This document shows, one piece after another, positions 44,887 to 57,654 of a stretch of DNA of 64,000 nucleotides. Source of the stretch: Candidatus Poriferisocius sp. (GTDB lineage: Bacteria; Actinomycetota; Acidimicrobiia; Acidimicrobiales; Bin134); the NCBI RefSeq assembly GCF_965219775.1, contig NZ_OZ244793.1, forward strand, positions 2,039,634-2,103,633. Reading direction: 5' to 3'. The position numbers and the translations under genes were made by a program. The stretch's first letter is position 1. Every line of letters starts with the position of its first letter. Under the pieces are notes generated by a model. That model made no database searches. It saw nothing but the letters and a program-made list of their open reading frames with translations, and had not been told where the DNA came from.

Positions 44887-44997
44887 TCTCTCTCCCTGGT
44901 TCGGCTACTCTCGAAACGGCAACCCTCGAAGTGACGTCGCCACGACATCGCTCGAGGCCGCCATTCCCTTCAGCCCCGTGGGGCAACCCTACCGACT

Positions 44998-45981
44998 ATG
45001 TCCACTACGCCCTCAACCGCCTGCGGTCCGTCGGCCTCGCCCGCCGACGGGCCGGAAGCCATCCTGATCGTGTCGTTCGGCGGCCCGGAGGGGCCCGACG
45101 ACGTGATGCCGTTTCTGCGCAACGTGACCCGGGGTCGGGGCATCAGCGACGAACGCCTGGCCACCGTGGCCGAGCACTACCACCTGTTCGGCGGCGTCAG
45201 CCCCATCAACCAGGCCAACCGTGACCTGATGGCGGCGCTGGCCGACGAGCTGGCCGGGCGCCAGAAGTCGGTGCCGGTCTACTGGGGAAACCGGAATTGG
45301 ACGCCGCTGTTGGCCGACACGGTGGCCGCCATGCGCGCCGACGGGATCGGTCGGGCCACCGCCTTCGTCACCTCGGCCTACGGCTCCTACTCCGGGTGTC
45401 GCCAGTACGCCGAGGACATCGAGCGGGCCCGGGCGACGGTCGGCCCCGACGCCCCGGTGATCGACAAGCTGCCCCCCTTTTGGGATCAGGAGGGCTTTCT
45501 GGCCGCCATGGTCGAGCACCTGCGCGCCGCCCGACGCGCCGAGCCCGCCGCCCCGGTGGTGTTCACCGCCCACAGCATTCCGCTGGCCATGGCGGCGGCC
45601 GCCCCCTACGAGGCCCAACTCCTCCAGGCCTGCGAGTCGGTGGCCACCCGAGCCGGAGCCCCCCAGTGGTCGCTGGCCTACCAGAGCCGCAGCGGTCCGC
45701 CTCAGGTGCCGTGGCTGGAACCCGATATCGGCGACGAACTCGACCGGTTGTCAGGCGACGGGGCCGACGGGGTGATCGTGGTTCCCATCGGCTTCGTGGC
45801 CGACCACATGGAGGTGGTCTACGACCTCGACACCGAGGCCCGCCTGCGCGCCGAGCAACTGGGGTTGCGGTTCAGCCGGGTGCCCACCGTGGGCACCCAC
45901 CCCGCGTTCGTGGCCATGATCGCCGACTTGGCCCTCGGTCCGCCGCCGGCCCCCTGCCCTCCGAACTGTTGCCGATACTGA
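44998..45981 (+). CDS. hemH: ferrochelatase / coproporphyrin ferrochelatase, actinobacterial type with C-terminal Cys cluster
   Basis: Family features are ILIVSFGGPEGPDDVMPFLRNV and HYHLFGGVSPIN. The C-terminal CPPNCC is consistent with [2Fe-2S]-type actinobacterial enzymes. Confidence 0.9.
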   Translation: MSTTPSTACGPSASPADGPEAILIVSFGGPEGPDDVMPFLRNVTRGRGISDERLATVAEHYHLFGGVSPINQANRDLMAALADELAGRQKSVPVYWGNRNWTPLLADTVAAMRADGIGRATAFVTSAYGSYSGCRQYAEDIERARATVGPDAPVIDKLPPFWDQEGFLAAMVEHLRAARRAEPAAPVVFTAHSIPLAMAAAAPYEAQLLQACESVATRAGAPQWSLAYQSRSGPPQVPWLEPDIGDELDRLSGDGADGVIVVPIGFVADHMEVVYDLDTEARLRAEQLGLRFSRVPTVGTHPAFVAMIADLALGPPPAPCPPNCCRY

Positions 45982-45997
45982 CCAGCTACTGACCAGC
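45976..45997. repeat. perfect 11-nt tandem duplication (TACTGACCAGC x2) spanning the hemH stop codon
   Basis: Read directly from the sequence: 45976-45986 equals 45987-45997. Confidence 0.9.
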
Positions 45998-46065
45998 CCT
46001 ACGCCCGGAAGCCCAATTCGGTGGGCCCGACCGCAACCTGCCACACGGCCATAGGGCGACGAGAA

Positions 46066-46749
46066 CTACTCCCGGGAGCCGATTTCGGTATTGATCCAAG
46101 CGATGAGCTGTTGTTGATTGCGGGTTTGGGTCAAGATGTCGCCGGGGCCGGTGAAATGGAACACCAAACCCTCGCCCGACTTCATCGACTGGATGGAGCG
46201 GCCCTCCACCGCCCGACGCAGCTCGAAGGTCACGGTGTCGGGAAAGGCCAGCATGTGGTTGGTGTCCACCACCACCGTCTCACCCGCCCCCAGGGAGATC
46301 ACGTCGATGGCGCCGTAGGAGGCCACCAGCAGCTTGCCCACCCCCTCGGCGTGAACCATGAAGCCGCCTTCGCCGCCCACCAGCGACTTGAACCCGCTCC
46401 ACTTGGCGTCGATGTCCACCGCGGCATCGGAAGCCAGCCAATTGCCCCGCTCCACGATCCACGACTGGGAACCGTCCAACTCGATCACCCGCAGATCGCC
46501 GGGGAGCTTGGCGGCCACGTCCACCCACCCCCCTTGAGCGGGAGCGGTGAAGGTGGACATGAACAGCGACTCACCCCCCAGCACGCTTCGCTTCAGCCCC
46601 TTGAGCACGCCGCCTTCGATCTTGGCCTCCAGCGCCATCCCGACGGAGTGGGCCATCATGGCCCCGGCTTCGACCTTGACGGCTTCTGAGGCGCGCAACC
46701 GGCAACGGGCCACCCCGAAACTGGGGGCATGACGAATCTCTACATCCAT
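46066..46749 (-). CDS. AIM24 / TIGR00266 (DUF124) family protein
   Basis: The start is ATG 46749 (MDVEIRHAPSFGVARCRL...). The repetitive beta architecture, with GGEGGFMVHAEG and SGEGLVFHFTGPG, is typical of the family. Confidence 0.8.
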   Translation of the reverse strand: MDVEIRHAPSFGVARCRLRASEAVKVEAGAMMAHSVGMALEAKIEGGVLKGLKRSVLGGESLFMSTFTAPAQGGWVDVAAKLPGDLRVIELDGSQSWIVERGNWLASDAAVDIDAKWSGFKSLVGGEGGFMVHAEGVGKLLVASYGAIDVISLGAGETVVVDTNHMLAFPDTVTFELRRAVEGRSIQSMKSGEGLVFHFTGPGDILTQTRNQQQLIAWINTEIGSRE

Positions 46750-46820
46750 GCCCGGCACCCTACCGGCCCGCGTCCCAAAACCGACGGCCCTGGCCGCGGG
46801 TCGGGCCCGGCCAGGCCCCG

Positions 46821-48389
46821 CTAGCCGATCTTCTTGTCCTGGCCCTCCCAGTAGGGGGCCCGCAGGTCGCGCTTGAGCACCTTCATGGCCCCCGACAACG
46901 GCAGCGGCTCGGCCCGGAACTCCACCGACTTGGGCACCTTGTAGCCCGCGATCAACTCCCGAGCGTGATCGCACACCTCCGCCTCGGTCAGCTCGTGACC
47001 GGGCGCGGGCACCACCACCGCGTGAACCGCTTCGCCCCACACCGGGTCGGGGATGCCGATCACCGCCACCTGCGCCACCCCCGGATGGGTGGAGATGGCG
47101 CTCTCCACCTCGGTGGAGTACACGTTCTCGCCCCCGGAGACGATCATGTCCTTCACCCGGTCCACCAGGAACAGATACCCGTCCTCGTCAAGGTACCCGG
47201 CGTCACCGGAGTGGTACCAGCCCCCCTCGAACACCTCGGCGGTGGCCTCGGGCTTGTTCCAGTACTCCCGCATGAAGTTGCCCGCTCGGGCGCACACCTC
47301 GCCGATCTCCCCCGGCCCCTGGACATTGCCGTCCTCGTCCTGGATGCACAGGTTCACACCGAACACCGGGCGGCCCACCGATCGCAGCCGGTCGCTGCCC
47401 GCCACGTGGTCTTCGGGCCCCAACAGCGTGAGCACCGAAGAGCACTCGGTCATGCCGTAGCCCTGGTGCAGGTTCACCTCGGGCAGGTGTTCCAACAGGT
47501 GGTTCAAGATGGCCTCGGGCATGGGCGAGGCCCCGTAGACCAGACTGCGCAGCGAGGCCAACCGCTCGGGACGGTAGTCGGGGTGCTGGATGCACAGGCC
47601 GATCATGGTGGGCACCATCACCGTCTGGGTGATGCCCTCGGCCTCGATCAGATTCATCACCCCGGCCGGGTCGAAGGCGGGAATGGTCACCAATTTGGCC
47701 CCCGTGGCCGGGATCAACAGCAGGCTGGCCATGGAAGCGGCGTGGAACAGCGGGGTCTGGCTCAAGAACACCTCGTCGTGGTTCAAGCCGCCCAGCCCGA
47801 TGGCCACGTGGTAGGCGTTCAGCATCTCGGCCCGCTGCTGGACCACCACCCCCTTGGGCAGGCCGGTGGTGCCTCCCGTGTACATGAGCACCACGGGATC
47901 GTCCTCCTCGGGCTCCGGGGGCGTCTCGTTGCTGCCCGCGGCCACCAAGTCCTCGTAGGCCACGTCGTGGGGCCCGTCACCCGCGCCGATGAGCACCACC
48001 GTGCGGATGGGGCTGTCGCCCGCGGCCTCGAGGGCCTTGGCGAAAGGCTCGGCGAAGAAGGCGTCCACGAAGGCCACCTCGGTGCCCGAGTCCCGCACGA
48101 TGTAGTCCAGTTCCGGCCCGGCCAGCCGCAGGTTCAGGGGGTTGACGATCCCCGCCCCCAGGTAGCAGGCGTGGTACAGCTCCAGGTAAGCGGCGCTGTT
48201 GAGGGCCATGATGGCCACCCGGTCGCCCCGGCCCACCCCCAGTTCGGTACCCATGGCGTTGGCCAGTCGGGTCACCCGCTCCCCGTGCTCGGCGAAGGTC
48301 GCCCGGTAGCCGCCGTCCACGATGGCCTCGTCATTGGCGTACCGTTCCATTGCCGGATAGAACAGCCGGTGATAGATCAGCTCTTTCAT
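46821..48389 (-). CDS. AMP-dependent acyl-CoA synthetase/ligase
   Basis: The start is ATG 48389 (MKELIYHRLF...). The AMP-binding motif is MYTGGTTGLPKGV. Also present are YGMTE, SGDAGYLDEDGYLFLVDRVKD and the C-terminal GKVLKRDLR-like lysine. Confidence 0.9.
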   Translation of the reverse strand: MKELIYHRLFYPAMERYANDEAIVDGGYRATFAEHGERVTRLANAMGTELGVGRGDRVAIMALNSAAYLELYHACYLGAGIVNPLNLRLAGPELDYIVRDSGTEVAFVDAFFAEPFAKALEAAGDSPIRTVVLIGAGDGPHDVAYEDLVAAGSNETPPEPEEDDPVVLMYTGGTTGLPKGVVVQQRAEMLNAYHVAIGLGGLNHDEVFLSQTPLFHAASMASLLLIPATGAKLVTIPAFDPAGVMNLIEAEGITQTVMVPTMIGLCIQHPDYRPERLASLRSLVYGASPMPEAILNHLLEHLPEVNLHQGYGMTECSSVLTLLGPEDHVAGSDRLRSVGRPVFGVNLCIQDEDGNVQGPGEIGEVCARAGNFMREYWNKPEATAEVFEGGWYHSGDAGYLDEDGYLFLVDRVKDMIVSGGENVYSTEVESAISTHPGVAQVAVIGIPDPVWGEAVHAVVVPAPGHELTEAEVCDHARELIAGYKVPKSVEFRAEPLPLSGAMKVLKRDLRAPYWEGQDKKIG

Positions 48390-48441
48390 GGGGCAACCGT
48401 ATCGCGAAACCGGCGGTGCCCGATCGAAGCGAGGAGGCGAC

Positions 48442-48930
48442 ATGGACATCGAATCCACCGTGCGATGGCTCAAGGACCGGGAGCTGATCAAGGAACTCCC
48501 CCTGCGCTACGCCCGGGGCATCGACCGCATCGACTTCGACTTGGTGCGGTCCAATTTCCACCCCGATTGCCAGGTCTTCGGGACGGTGGTGTCCGGGCCG
48601 CTCGACCCCTACCTGGACTGGACGGAAAACGAACTGCGCAAGTACGAGTCCACCCTGCACGTGATGGGCAACCAGTACGTGGACCTGGAAGAAGGCGCCG
48701 ACGAGGGCCACGTGGAGACCTACGCCGTGGCCTACCAGATGCAGACGGAGGAGTCGGGCCTCGAGGACCTCATCTTGGGCCTGCGCTACTGCGACGACGT
48801 GGCCCGATTCGACGAGGGCTGGCTGATCACCGCCCGCACCGCCGTGCCCCAGTGGGTCCGGGGTCCGGTTCCCCACGCTCCCGACGAGCTGCGCAGCACG
48901 TGGCACGGAAAGACCCTCCGCAATGAATGA
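48442..48930 (+). CDS. NTF2-like / SnoaL_4 family protein
   Basis: ATG 48442 is preceded by GAGGAGG. IKELPLRYARGIDRIDFDLVRSNFHPD... is typical of SnoaL-like folds. Confidence 0.6.
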   Translation: MDIESTVRWLKDRELIKELPLRYARGIDRIDFDLVRSNFHPDCQVFGTVVSGPLDPYLDWTENELRKYESTLHVMGNQYVDLEEGADEGHVETYAVAYQMQTEESGLEDLILGLRYCDDVARFDEGWLITARTAVPQWVRGPVPHAPDELRSTWHGKTLRNE

Positions 48931-48983
48931 GCGAACGGTGATCCCCACATCCGGCCCGGCAACCCCAAAGGAGCACCGCCGCA

Positions 48984-49916
48984 ATGAATGACCGTCCCGT
49001 TGCCTTCGTGACCGGGGCCAGCCGGGGCATCGGCAAGGCCTGCTCGGTGTATCTGGCCCGGGCGGGCTTCGACGTGGCCGTCTCCGCCCGTACCGTGCAG
49101 GAGGGGGAGCAGCGCGAGCACTCCTCCACCGTGAAGAGTTCGGACACCTCGCCGTTGCCCGGCAGCCTGTCGTCCACCGCCGCGCTGGTGGCCGAGGCCG
49201 GAGCCGAGGCCATGGTGGTGGCCGCCGACCTGCTGGATGACGCCTCCCTGGGGGCGGCCGCGGCCACCGTGTTGGAACGCTGGGGCCGGGTGGACGTGCT
49301 GGTGAACAACGGTCGCTACATCGGCCCCGGCCACATGGACCGCCTGCTGGACACCCCCATCGAGCTGTTGGACCGGCACCTGCGGGCCAACTGCCTGGCC
49401 CCTTTGGTGCTGACCAAGGCCTTCCTGCCCCAGATGATCGAGCGGGGCTCGGGCACCATCGTCAACATCACCTCGGCCTCGGGCTACGCCGACCCCACCT
49501 CGGCAGCGGGCGACGGGGGCTGGGGCATGGGGTACGGCATCAGCAAGGGCGCCTTTCACCGGGTGGCCGGATTCCTGGCCGTGGAGCACGGCGACCACGG
49601 CATCAGGGCCTTCAACGTGCAGCCCGGCTACATCTCCACCGAGCGCATCGCCCAGGACATGGCCCGGTTCGGCTTCGAGGACAACGGGGAGCCCCCCGAG
49701 GTGATCGGCGCGGTGGTGGCCTGGCTGGCCACCGACTCGGAAGCCGCCACCCTGAGCGGCACCAACATCGAGGCCCAGTTCTTCTGCCATGAGCGGGGCC
49801 TGTTGCCCGGCTGGGAGGGGCCGAAGCCCAATACCCACGCCATCTCCTACGACCTGAGCGGCGCCATCCTGGCCGACAAGGAGGCCCAACTGCTGGCCCA
49901 GAGCGCCGGCGAGTGA
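48984..49916 (+). CDS. short-chain dehydrogenase/reductase (SDR)
   Basis: The cofactor motif is TGASRGIGKA. The catalytic residues are in SASGY...YGISKGA (YxxxK). Confidence 0.85.
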   Translation: MNDRPVAFVTGASRGIGKACSVYLARAGFDVAVSARTVQEGEQREHSSTVKSSDTSPLPGSLSSTAALVAEAGAEAMVVAADLLDDASLGAAAATVLERWGRVDVLVNNGRYIGPGHMDRLLDTPIELLDRHLRANCLAPLVLTKAFLPQMIERGSGTIVNITSASGYADPTSAAGDGGWGMGYGISKGAFHRVAGFLAVEHGDHGIRAFNVQPGYISTERIAQDMARFGFEDNGEPPEVIGAVVAWLATDSEAATLSGTNIEAQFFCHERGLLPGWEGPKPNTHAISYDLSGAILADKEAQLLAQSAGE

Positions 49917-50680
49917 CCGACCCGGTCGAGCCGACCCACACCATCGAGCCGACCGGCGCCGACCGGCGCCGGGAGCTGTGCGCCGTCATGCCGGTGTACA
50001 ACGAGGCCGAGATCGTGGCCGAGGTGGCCCGGAGCTGGCTGGCCGAGTTCGACGGTCTGGGGATCGACTACGAGCTGGTGGCCATCGTGGACGGGGCCAC
50101 CGACGCCAGCGAGCAGATCCTGCGCTCGGTGGCCGAGCAGCACCCCCGCCTGGTGGTCGATGTCAAGCCCAACCATGGCCACGGTCCCACCATCCTGCGG
50201 GGCTACCGGCGGGGGGTGATCACCGCCGATTGGGTGTTCCAAACCGACTCCGACAACGAGATGCCCGCGGCCTCGTTCGGTCGACTGTGGGAGCTTCGCC
50301 CCGACGCGGACGCGGTGGTGGGGATACGCACCGGTCGGAAGCAATCGCCTGCTCGCCGGTTCGTCACCCACGGGGCCCGGCTCACCGCTCGGGCGGCCTT
50401 CGGCTGCCGCCTGGCCGACGTCAACTGCCCCTATCGCCTGATGCGCTCTTCGGCCCTGGCCCCGCTGCTCACCCCCATCCCCGACGACACCTTCGCTCCC
50501 AACGTGGTGCTGGCCGGGATGCTGGCCCGCTCCGGGGCCCGCCTGGCCGAGGTGCCCGTGCCCCACCGCAGCCGCACCACCGGCGAGGTCTCGATCCTCG
50601 GTACCCGTGCGCTGATGGCCGCCATCCGCTCGTTCGGCCAGACCGTTCGGCTCAGCCGCACCCCGCTCCCCGGAGACTGA
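49913..50680 (+). CDS. family 2 glycosyltransferase (polyprenol-phosphate glycosyltransferase-like)
   Basis: Family features are CAVMPVYNEAEIV, IVDGATD and the DxD-like QTDSDNE. A GTGA overlap links it to the SDR gene. Confidence 0.8.
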   Translation: MTDPVEPTHTIEPTGADRRRELCAVMPVYNEAEIVAEVARSWLAEFDGLGIDYELVAIVDGATDASEQILRSVAEQHPRLVVDVKPNHGHGPTILRGYRRGVITADWVFQTDSDNEMPAASFGRLWELRPDADAVVGIRTGRKQSPARRFVTHGARLTARAAFGCRLADVNCPYRLMRSSALAPLLTPIPDDTFAPNVVLAGMLARSGARLAEVPVPHRSRTTGEVSILGTRALMAAIRSFGQTVRLSRTPLPGD

Positions 50681-50801
50681 CGGAAATCCCCTCCTATCTG
50701 GGGGAGTGTCCCGAATCTGTCATCGCAAGCGAGTACCGTCGCACCAGGGAAGACCACCCGATCCTTCCCCGCAAATCCCCGAAAACCCCATCGAACCGAC
50801 C

Positions 50802-53221
50802 ATGCCCCAACCATCCAAAACCTTGTTCGACGCCCACCAGGACGACGCCGGTACCGACACCGAGGTGAGCTTCGCCCGCGAACTGGTGAACGTCCCGGTG
50901 GACGAGGAGATGTCGGAGTCGTTTCTGGCCTACTCCCTGTCGGTCATCACCTCCCGGGCCATTCCCGACGCCCGTGACGGGCTCAAGCCGGTGCAGCGCC
51001 GGATCCTCTACTCCATGCTCAACATGGGGATCCGCCCCGACCGGCCCCACCGCAAGAGCGCACGGGTGGTGGGCGACACCATGGGCAAGTACCACCCCCA
51101 CGGGGACGCCGCCATCTACGACGCCTTGGTGCGACTGGCCCAGGAGTTCTCCCGGCCCGTTCCGCTGATCGATCCCCACGGCAACTTCGGCACCCTGGAC
51201 GATCCCCCCGCCGCCCCCCGCTACACCGAGTGCCGCCTGGCCGAGGCGGCCATGGAGATACTGGCCGAGATCGACGAGGACACCGTCGAGCACCGGGCCA
51301 CCTACGACGGGGAGGGCACCGAACCCGAGTACCTGCCCGGTCGGCTGCCCAACCTGCTGGTGAACGGCACCACCGGAATCGCCGTGGGCATGGCCACCAA
51401 CATGGCCCCCCACAACCTGGCCGAGGTGGCCCAGGCCATCCGGCTGGTGATGGAGCAGCGCCGCCCCAAGCCCACCATCGACCAGCTATTGGAGAGGCTG
51501 CCCGGGCCCGACTTTCCCACCGGGGGCATCATCGTCGATTCCCAGGAGGGGGGTCTGCGGCAGGCCTACGCCACCGGGCGGGGCTCCATCCGGATGCAGG
51601 CCAAGATGGCGCCGGTCCGCCTCACCCGCAGCCGCTGGGGAATCGAGGTGACCGAGCTGCCCTACATGGTCGGCCCGGAGAAAGCGGTGAAGCGCATCAA
51701 CGATCTGATCGTCGACGGCAAGCTGCCCGGCGTCCACGACGCCCGCAACCTGTCCGACCGCCATCACGGGCTGCGCATCCTCATCGAGTGCGAACCCCAC
51801 GTGGCCCCCGAGAAGCTCTACTACGACCTCTTCCGTCTCACCCCCCTGGAGGAGACGTTCGCCCTCAACAACGTGGTGCTGGTCGACGGCGTTCCCACCA
51901 CCGTGGGCCTCTACGACCTCTGCGTCCACTACGTCGACCATCGCCTCGACGTGGTGGTGCGCCGCACCCGCTTTCGGCTGGCCCGAGCCCGTGATCGCCA
52001 CCACATCCTGGAGGGTCTCATCACCGCGCTGGACAACATCGACGAGGTGGTCGCCATCATCCGGGGCTCCGACGATGCCACCGTCGCCCGCCAGCGGTTG
52101 CAGGACGCCCTGGAACTCAGCGAGACCCAGGCCGCCCACATCCTGGAGCTGCAGCTCCGGCGGCTCACCGCCCTGGAGAAGCAGAAGATCATCGACGAGC
52201 GCGACCAGCTCATCACCCTGATCGCCGAGCTGGAGAAGCTGCTGGGGTCCGAGCGGCGCCAACGCACCCTGGTGCTCAAGGAGCTGGACGACCTGGTGGA
52301 GCGCTTCGGCCGCCCACGCCGCACACAGATTCTGGGTCATCAGGACGCCCCGGTGTACGAGGCCACCCCGGTCGCCGACCTCACCCCCCAGGCCGAGGGG
52401 CCCTGCGTGGTCACCCTGTCCACCACCGGGGTGGTGGGCCGGGCCGCCGCCGGTGGCCGTCGCCGATCCCAGTTCGGCCGCCACGACGTGCTCACCGCCT
52501 CGGTGGAGGCCGACCCCGGCCATGCCATTCTGGCCGTGACCTCGGGGGGGCGGATCATCTCGTCGGCGGTGTCGGCGCTGCCCGAAGTGTCGGGCCGCAG
52601 CCGGGGGGCGGCCGCCTCCGAGGTGTTCGGAACCATGCGCAGCGAGGCGGTGCTGACCTTGGTGACCGCCGGTGGCGACCCGCTGGTGATCGTGACCGCC
52701 GCGGGCACGGTCAAGCGGGTCGACCTGTCCGACGCCGACAAGGGCCGGGCCACCAAGCAGGTCATCAAGCTGAAGCCCAACGACAAGGTGGTAGCCGCCT
52801 TCTGCGCCCCCGCCTCGGCCGAGATGGTGCTGGTCAGCGCCCAGGGACGGGCCCTGCGCGCCCCGGTGGAGTCGGTGCGGGTGCAGGGGCGGAGTGCGGC
52901 CGGGGTGGTGGGCATGAAGCTGCGCAACGGCGACCGCCTCATCGCCGCCGACGGCGTGAGCGGTGACGAGGCGGTGATCTCGGTGGGCACCACCGGTTCG
53001 GTGGACATCACGCCGGTGACCGACATTCCGGCCACCGCCCGGGGAGGTCTCGGTACCGCCCTGGTCGGTCGCGACCCGCTGGCCCTGGCGGTGATCGCCC
53101 CGCCGGCCGACCTTCTGGCCGAGGTGGACGACAACGGCCGCCCGGCCAAGGCCCCGGTGCCCTTCCCGCCGGCCGACGGTGCGGGCCACCACGGGGTGGT
53201 CGTGGGCGTGGGGATGCCCCG

Positions 53222-53228
<7 letters not shown>
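50802..53228 (+). CDS. type IIA DNA topoisomerase subunit A (ParC/GyrA-like paralogue)
   Basis: Family features are AIPDARDGLKPVQRRILY, YHPHGDAAIYDALVRLAQ and the catalytic Tyr region AAPRYTECRL. I found no canonical GyrA-box (QRRGGKG) by eye in the C-terminal domain. Confidence 0.9.
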
Positions 53229-55315
<2,087 letters not shown>

Positions 55316-55343
55316 CCGCCAAGCCAGAATCGGAGAGTCTGAG

Positions 55344-56306
55344 ATGACCATGACCGACGCCGCTCCCCGGGCCGAAGCCACCGCCGAGCCCGTGGCCGAC
55401 AAGCTGGTGGAGATCCCCGAACGCTACGTGCCCAAGTACTTGTCGCCCTCCAGCGCCTCGTCCTACCGGGAATGCGCCCGCCGCTGGAAGTTCCGCTACG
55501 TCGACCGCCTGCCCGACCCGCCCGGCGAGTCGGCGGTGACCGGCACCTTCGCCCACATGGTGCTGGAGAAGCTGATGCAGGAGCCGGAACCGGAACGCAC
55601 GGTGGACCGGGCCAAGAAGCTGGCCCGCGAATTGTGGCCCACCATGGAGCGTCACCCCGACTATGTGGGGCTGGAGTTGGACGAGCGGGGTGGGTTGGAC
55701 TTCCGCATCAACGGTTGGCGGGCCATCGAGGGTTTGTGGGATCTGGAGGATCCCCGTCAGGTGCAGGTGGCGGCCACCGAACAGGACGTCCGGGTGGAGA
55801 TCAACGGGGTGCCGTTTCGGGGCATCATCGACCGCCTCGACGAGACCGACCAAGGTTTGGTGGTCACCGACTACAAGTCGGGCAAGGCCCCGTCGGCTCG
55901 ATTCTCGGCCAACTACGCCACCCAGATGCTGCTGTACGCCGCTGCGCTGACCGAATTGGAGGGCCGCAAGCCGGTCAAGGCCCAGTTGCACTACCTGGGC
56001 CAGAAGGTGGTGACCGTGGAGATCACCGACGAGAACCTGGCCGAGGCGGTGGACGAACTCCGGACCACCTGGCTGGCCATCATGGAGAGCTGCATCACCG
56101 AGGAGTTCGCGGCCTCCACCGGCCCGTTGTGCGGGTGGTGCCCGTTCGTCGCCCAGTGTCCCGAGGGCACCGACGAGGTGCTCCGCCGCGACGAGGCCGG
56201 GCGGTTGCGATCCGATGCTCCTGCCCTGGAGCGAATCGCCCAAGCCAACGCCGAGGCCTCCGCGCCGGAGCCAAGTGCCCAAACCAACCCGGGCGACCCC
56301 GACTAG
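55344..56306 (+). CDS. PD-(D/E)XK (RecB/Cas4-like) nuclease with 4-Cys cluster
   Basis: ATG 55344 is preceded by GGAGAG. The first Cys is in YRECARRWKF, the nuclease core is GIIDRLDE...VVTDYKSGK, and the C-terminal Cys residues are in CGWCPFVAQC. Confidence 0.8.
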   Translation: MTMTDAAPRAEATAEPVADKLVEIPERYVPKYLSPSSASSYRECARRWKFRYVDRLPDPPGESAVTGTFAHMVLEKLMQEPEPERTVDRAKKLARELWPTMERHPDYVGLELDERGGLDFRINGWRAIEGLWDLEDPRQVQVAATEQDVRVEINGVPFRGIIDRLDETDQGLVVTDYKSGKAPSARFSANYATQMLLYAAALTELEGRKPVKAQLHYLGQKVVTVEITDENLAEAVDELRTTWLAIMESCITEEFAASTGPLCGWCPFVAQCPEGTDEVLRRDEAGRLRSDAPALERIAQANAEASAPEPSAQTNPGDPD

Positions 56307-56356
56307 GCCTGTTTGAGCCTGTTGGAGCGCAACCGACGCTGGGACAGAGGGAAGCG

Positions 56357-57553
56357 ATGAGCGGACCGGAGGCGTTGACCCAGTGGATCGAGGGGTGCTG
56401 TGGCCAACCGGTGACGGCCACCGCGCGCATCCCCGGCGGCGCCTCCCGCCAGGCCTGGGTGGTGACACTGGCCGACGACACTCGCCGCTTCCTGCGGGTG
56501 GACACCGGCTCGTCGCCCCTGTCGGAGCAGGGCTACGACTTGGCCCGCGAGGCCGAGGTGTACGCGTGGTTGGCCACCACGCCGGTTCGGGCCGCGGGGC
56601 TGTGGGGCGTCAGCCCCGACGGGCAGGCCTTACTGCTCGACTACGTGGCCGGATCGCCCGGCCCGATGGACGACCCGGCGTTGGCCCGGGACTTCATGGA
56701 CCAGGTGAACACCCTCCACGCCTTGGCGCCCCCCGATCATCTGGTGACCGACGACTTGGGCGTATGGACCCGGATCTACCGAACCCATTGCCGCCGGCCC
56801 GATCCGCTCATCGACCTGGGCTTGCGCCTGCTGGCCCGATCGGCCCCCGAACCACCGGGGCGGACGGTGCTGGTCCACGGTGACCTGGGACCGGGCAACG
56901 TGCTCCACGACGGCGGCCGGGTCACCGGGCTGTGCGACTGGGAGCTGGCCCACGTGGGCGACCCGATGGAGGATCTGGCCTGGATCACGGTGCGGGCCAT
57001 GCTCACCCCCTTTGTCAACCTGCCCACCGCGTTGGGGTGGTACGAAGGCGCAGTGGACGTCGAGCGGGTGCGCTACTGGCAACTCGCCTGCCAGGTCCGC
57101 AACCTGATCGGCCTGGGCGCAGCAGGAGCGGCCGACGGCGACCAGGGCATGGTGAAACTCTTCACCACCCTGCACCGCCGGGTCACCGCCGAGGTGGTGT
57201 GCGAGGCGTTGGGCGTGACAGTGGAGCCCCCCGAGGTGCCCGAACCCCGCGACACCCCGGCGAGCGAGCACTATTCCGCCGTCCTGCACGATCTGCACAC
57301 GGTGATCACCCCGGCCCTGGACGGCTACGCCGCCGCTCGGGCCAAGTCCACCGCCCGGCTGGTGCGCCACCTGGACATGGTGGACCGCATCGGACCGGAA
57401 CTGGCCGAGCAGGACCGGTCCGACCGGAAGCGGTTCGACCTGGACTCCGACGCCGGGCTGGCCGCCTACCTGGCCCGCCAGTCCCTGCGGGACCAGGCCC
57501 TGATGGCCCCGGCCATGGGCCGGCTGGCCCACTCCAAGCTCTTCCGGCCCTGA
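56357..57553 (+). CDS. phosphotransferase (APH / choline-kinase-like) family protein
   Basis: The start is ATG 56357. The Brenner-type catalytic loop is VLVHGDLGPGNVL and the metal-binding motif is CDWELAHVGDPMEDLAW. Confidence 0.75.
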   Translation: MSGPEALTQWIEGCCGQPVTATARIPGGASRQAWVVTLADDTRRFLRVDTGSSPLSEQGYDLAREAEVYAWLATTPVRAAGLWGVSPDGQALLLDYVAGSPGPMDDPALARDFMDQVNTLHALAPPDHLVTDDLGVWTRIYRTHCRRPDPLIDLGLRLLARSAPEPPGRTVLVHGDLGPGNVLHDGGRVTGLCDWELAHVGDPMEDLAWITVRAMLTPFVNLPTALGWYEGAVDVERVRYWQLACQVRNLIGLGAAGAADGDQGMVKLFTTLHRRVTAEVVCEALGVTVEPPEVPEPRDTPASEHYSAVLHDLHTVITPALDGYAAARAKSTARLVRHLDMVDRIGPELAEQDRSDRKRFDLDSDAGLAAYLARQSLRDQALMAPAMGRLAHSKLFRP

Positions 57554-57654
57554 CCGTCCGACACCCCGCTTCGAGACCCGCCCCCGGCTGGACCGAGCAA
57601 CCCTCGTAGCCCGATTCGGAGATACTGTCATCGGTGGTCTCTAGAGTCTTGCCC

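Noticed and set aside
44887-44997. ydaO/cyclic-di-AMP riboswitch upstream of the Rpf-like gene
   Set aside because: The available leader is only about 110 nt and I could not recognise the consensus by eye. I kept it only as a low-interest repeated-motif observation pending a covariance-model scan.
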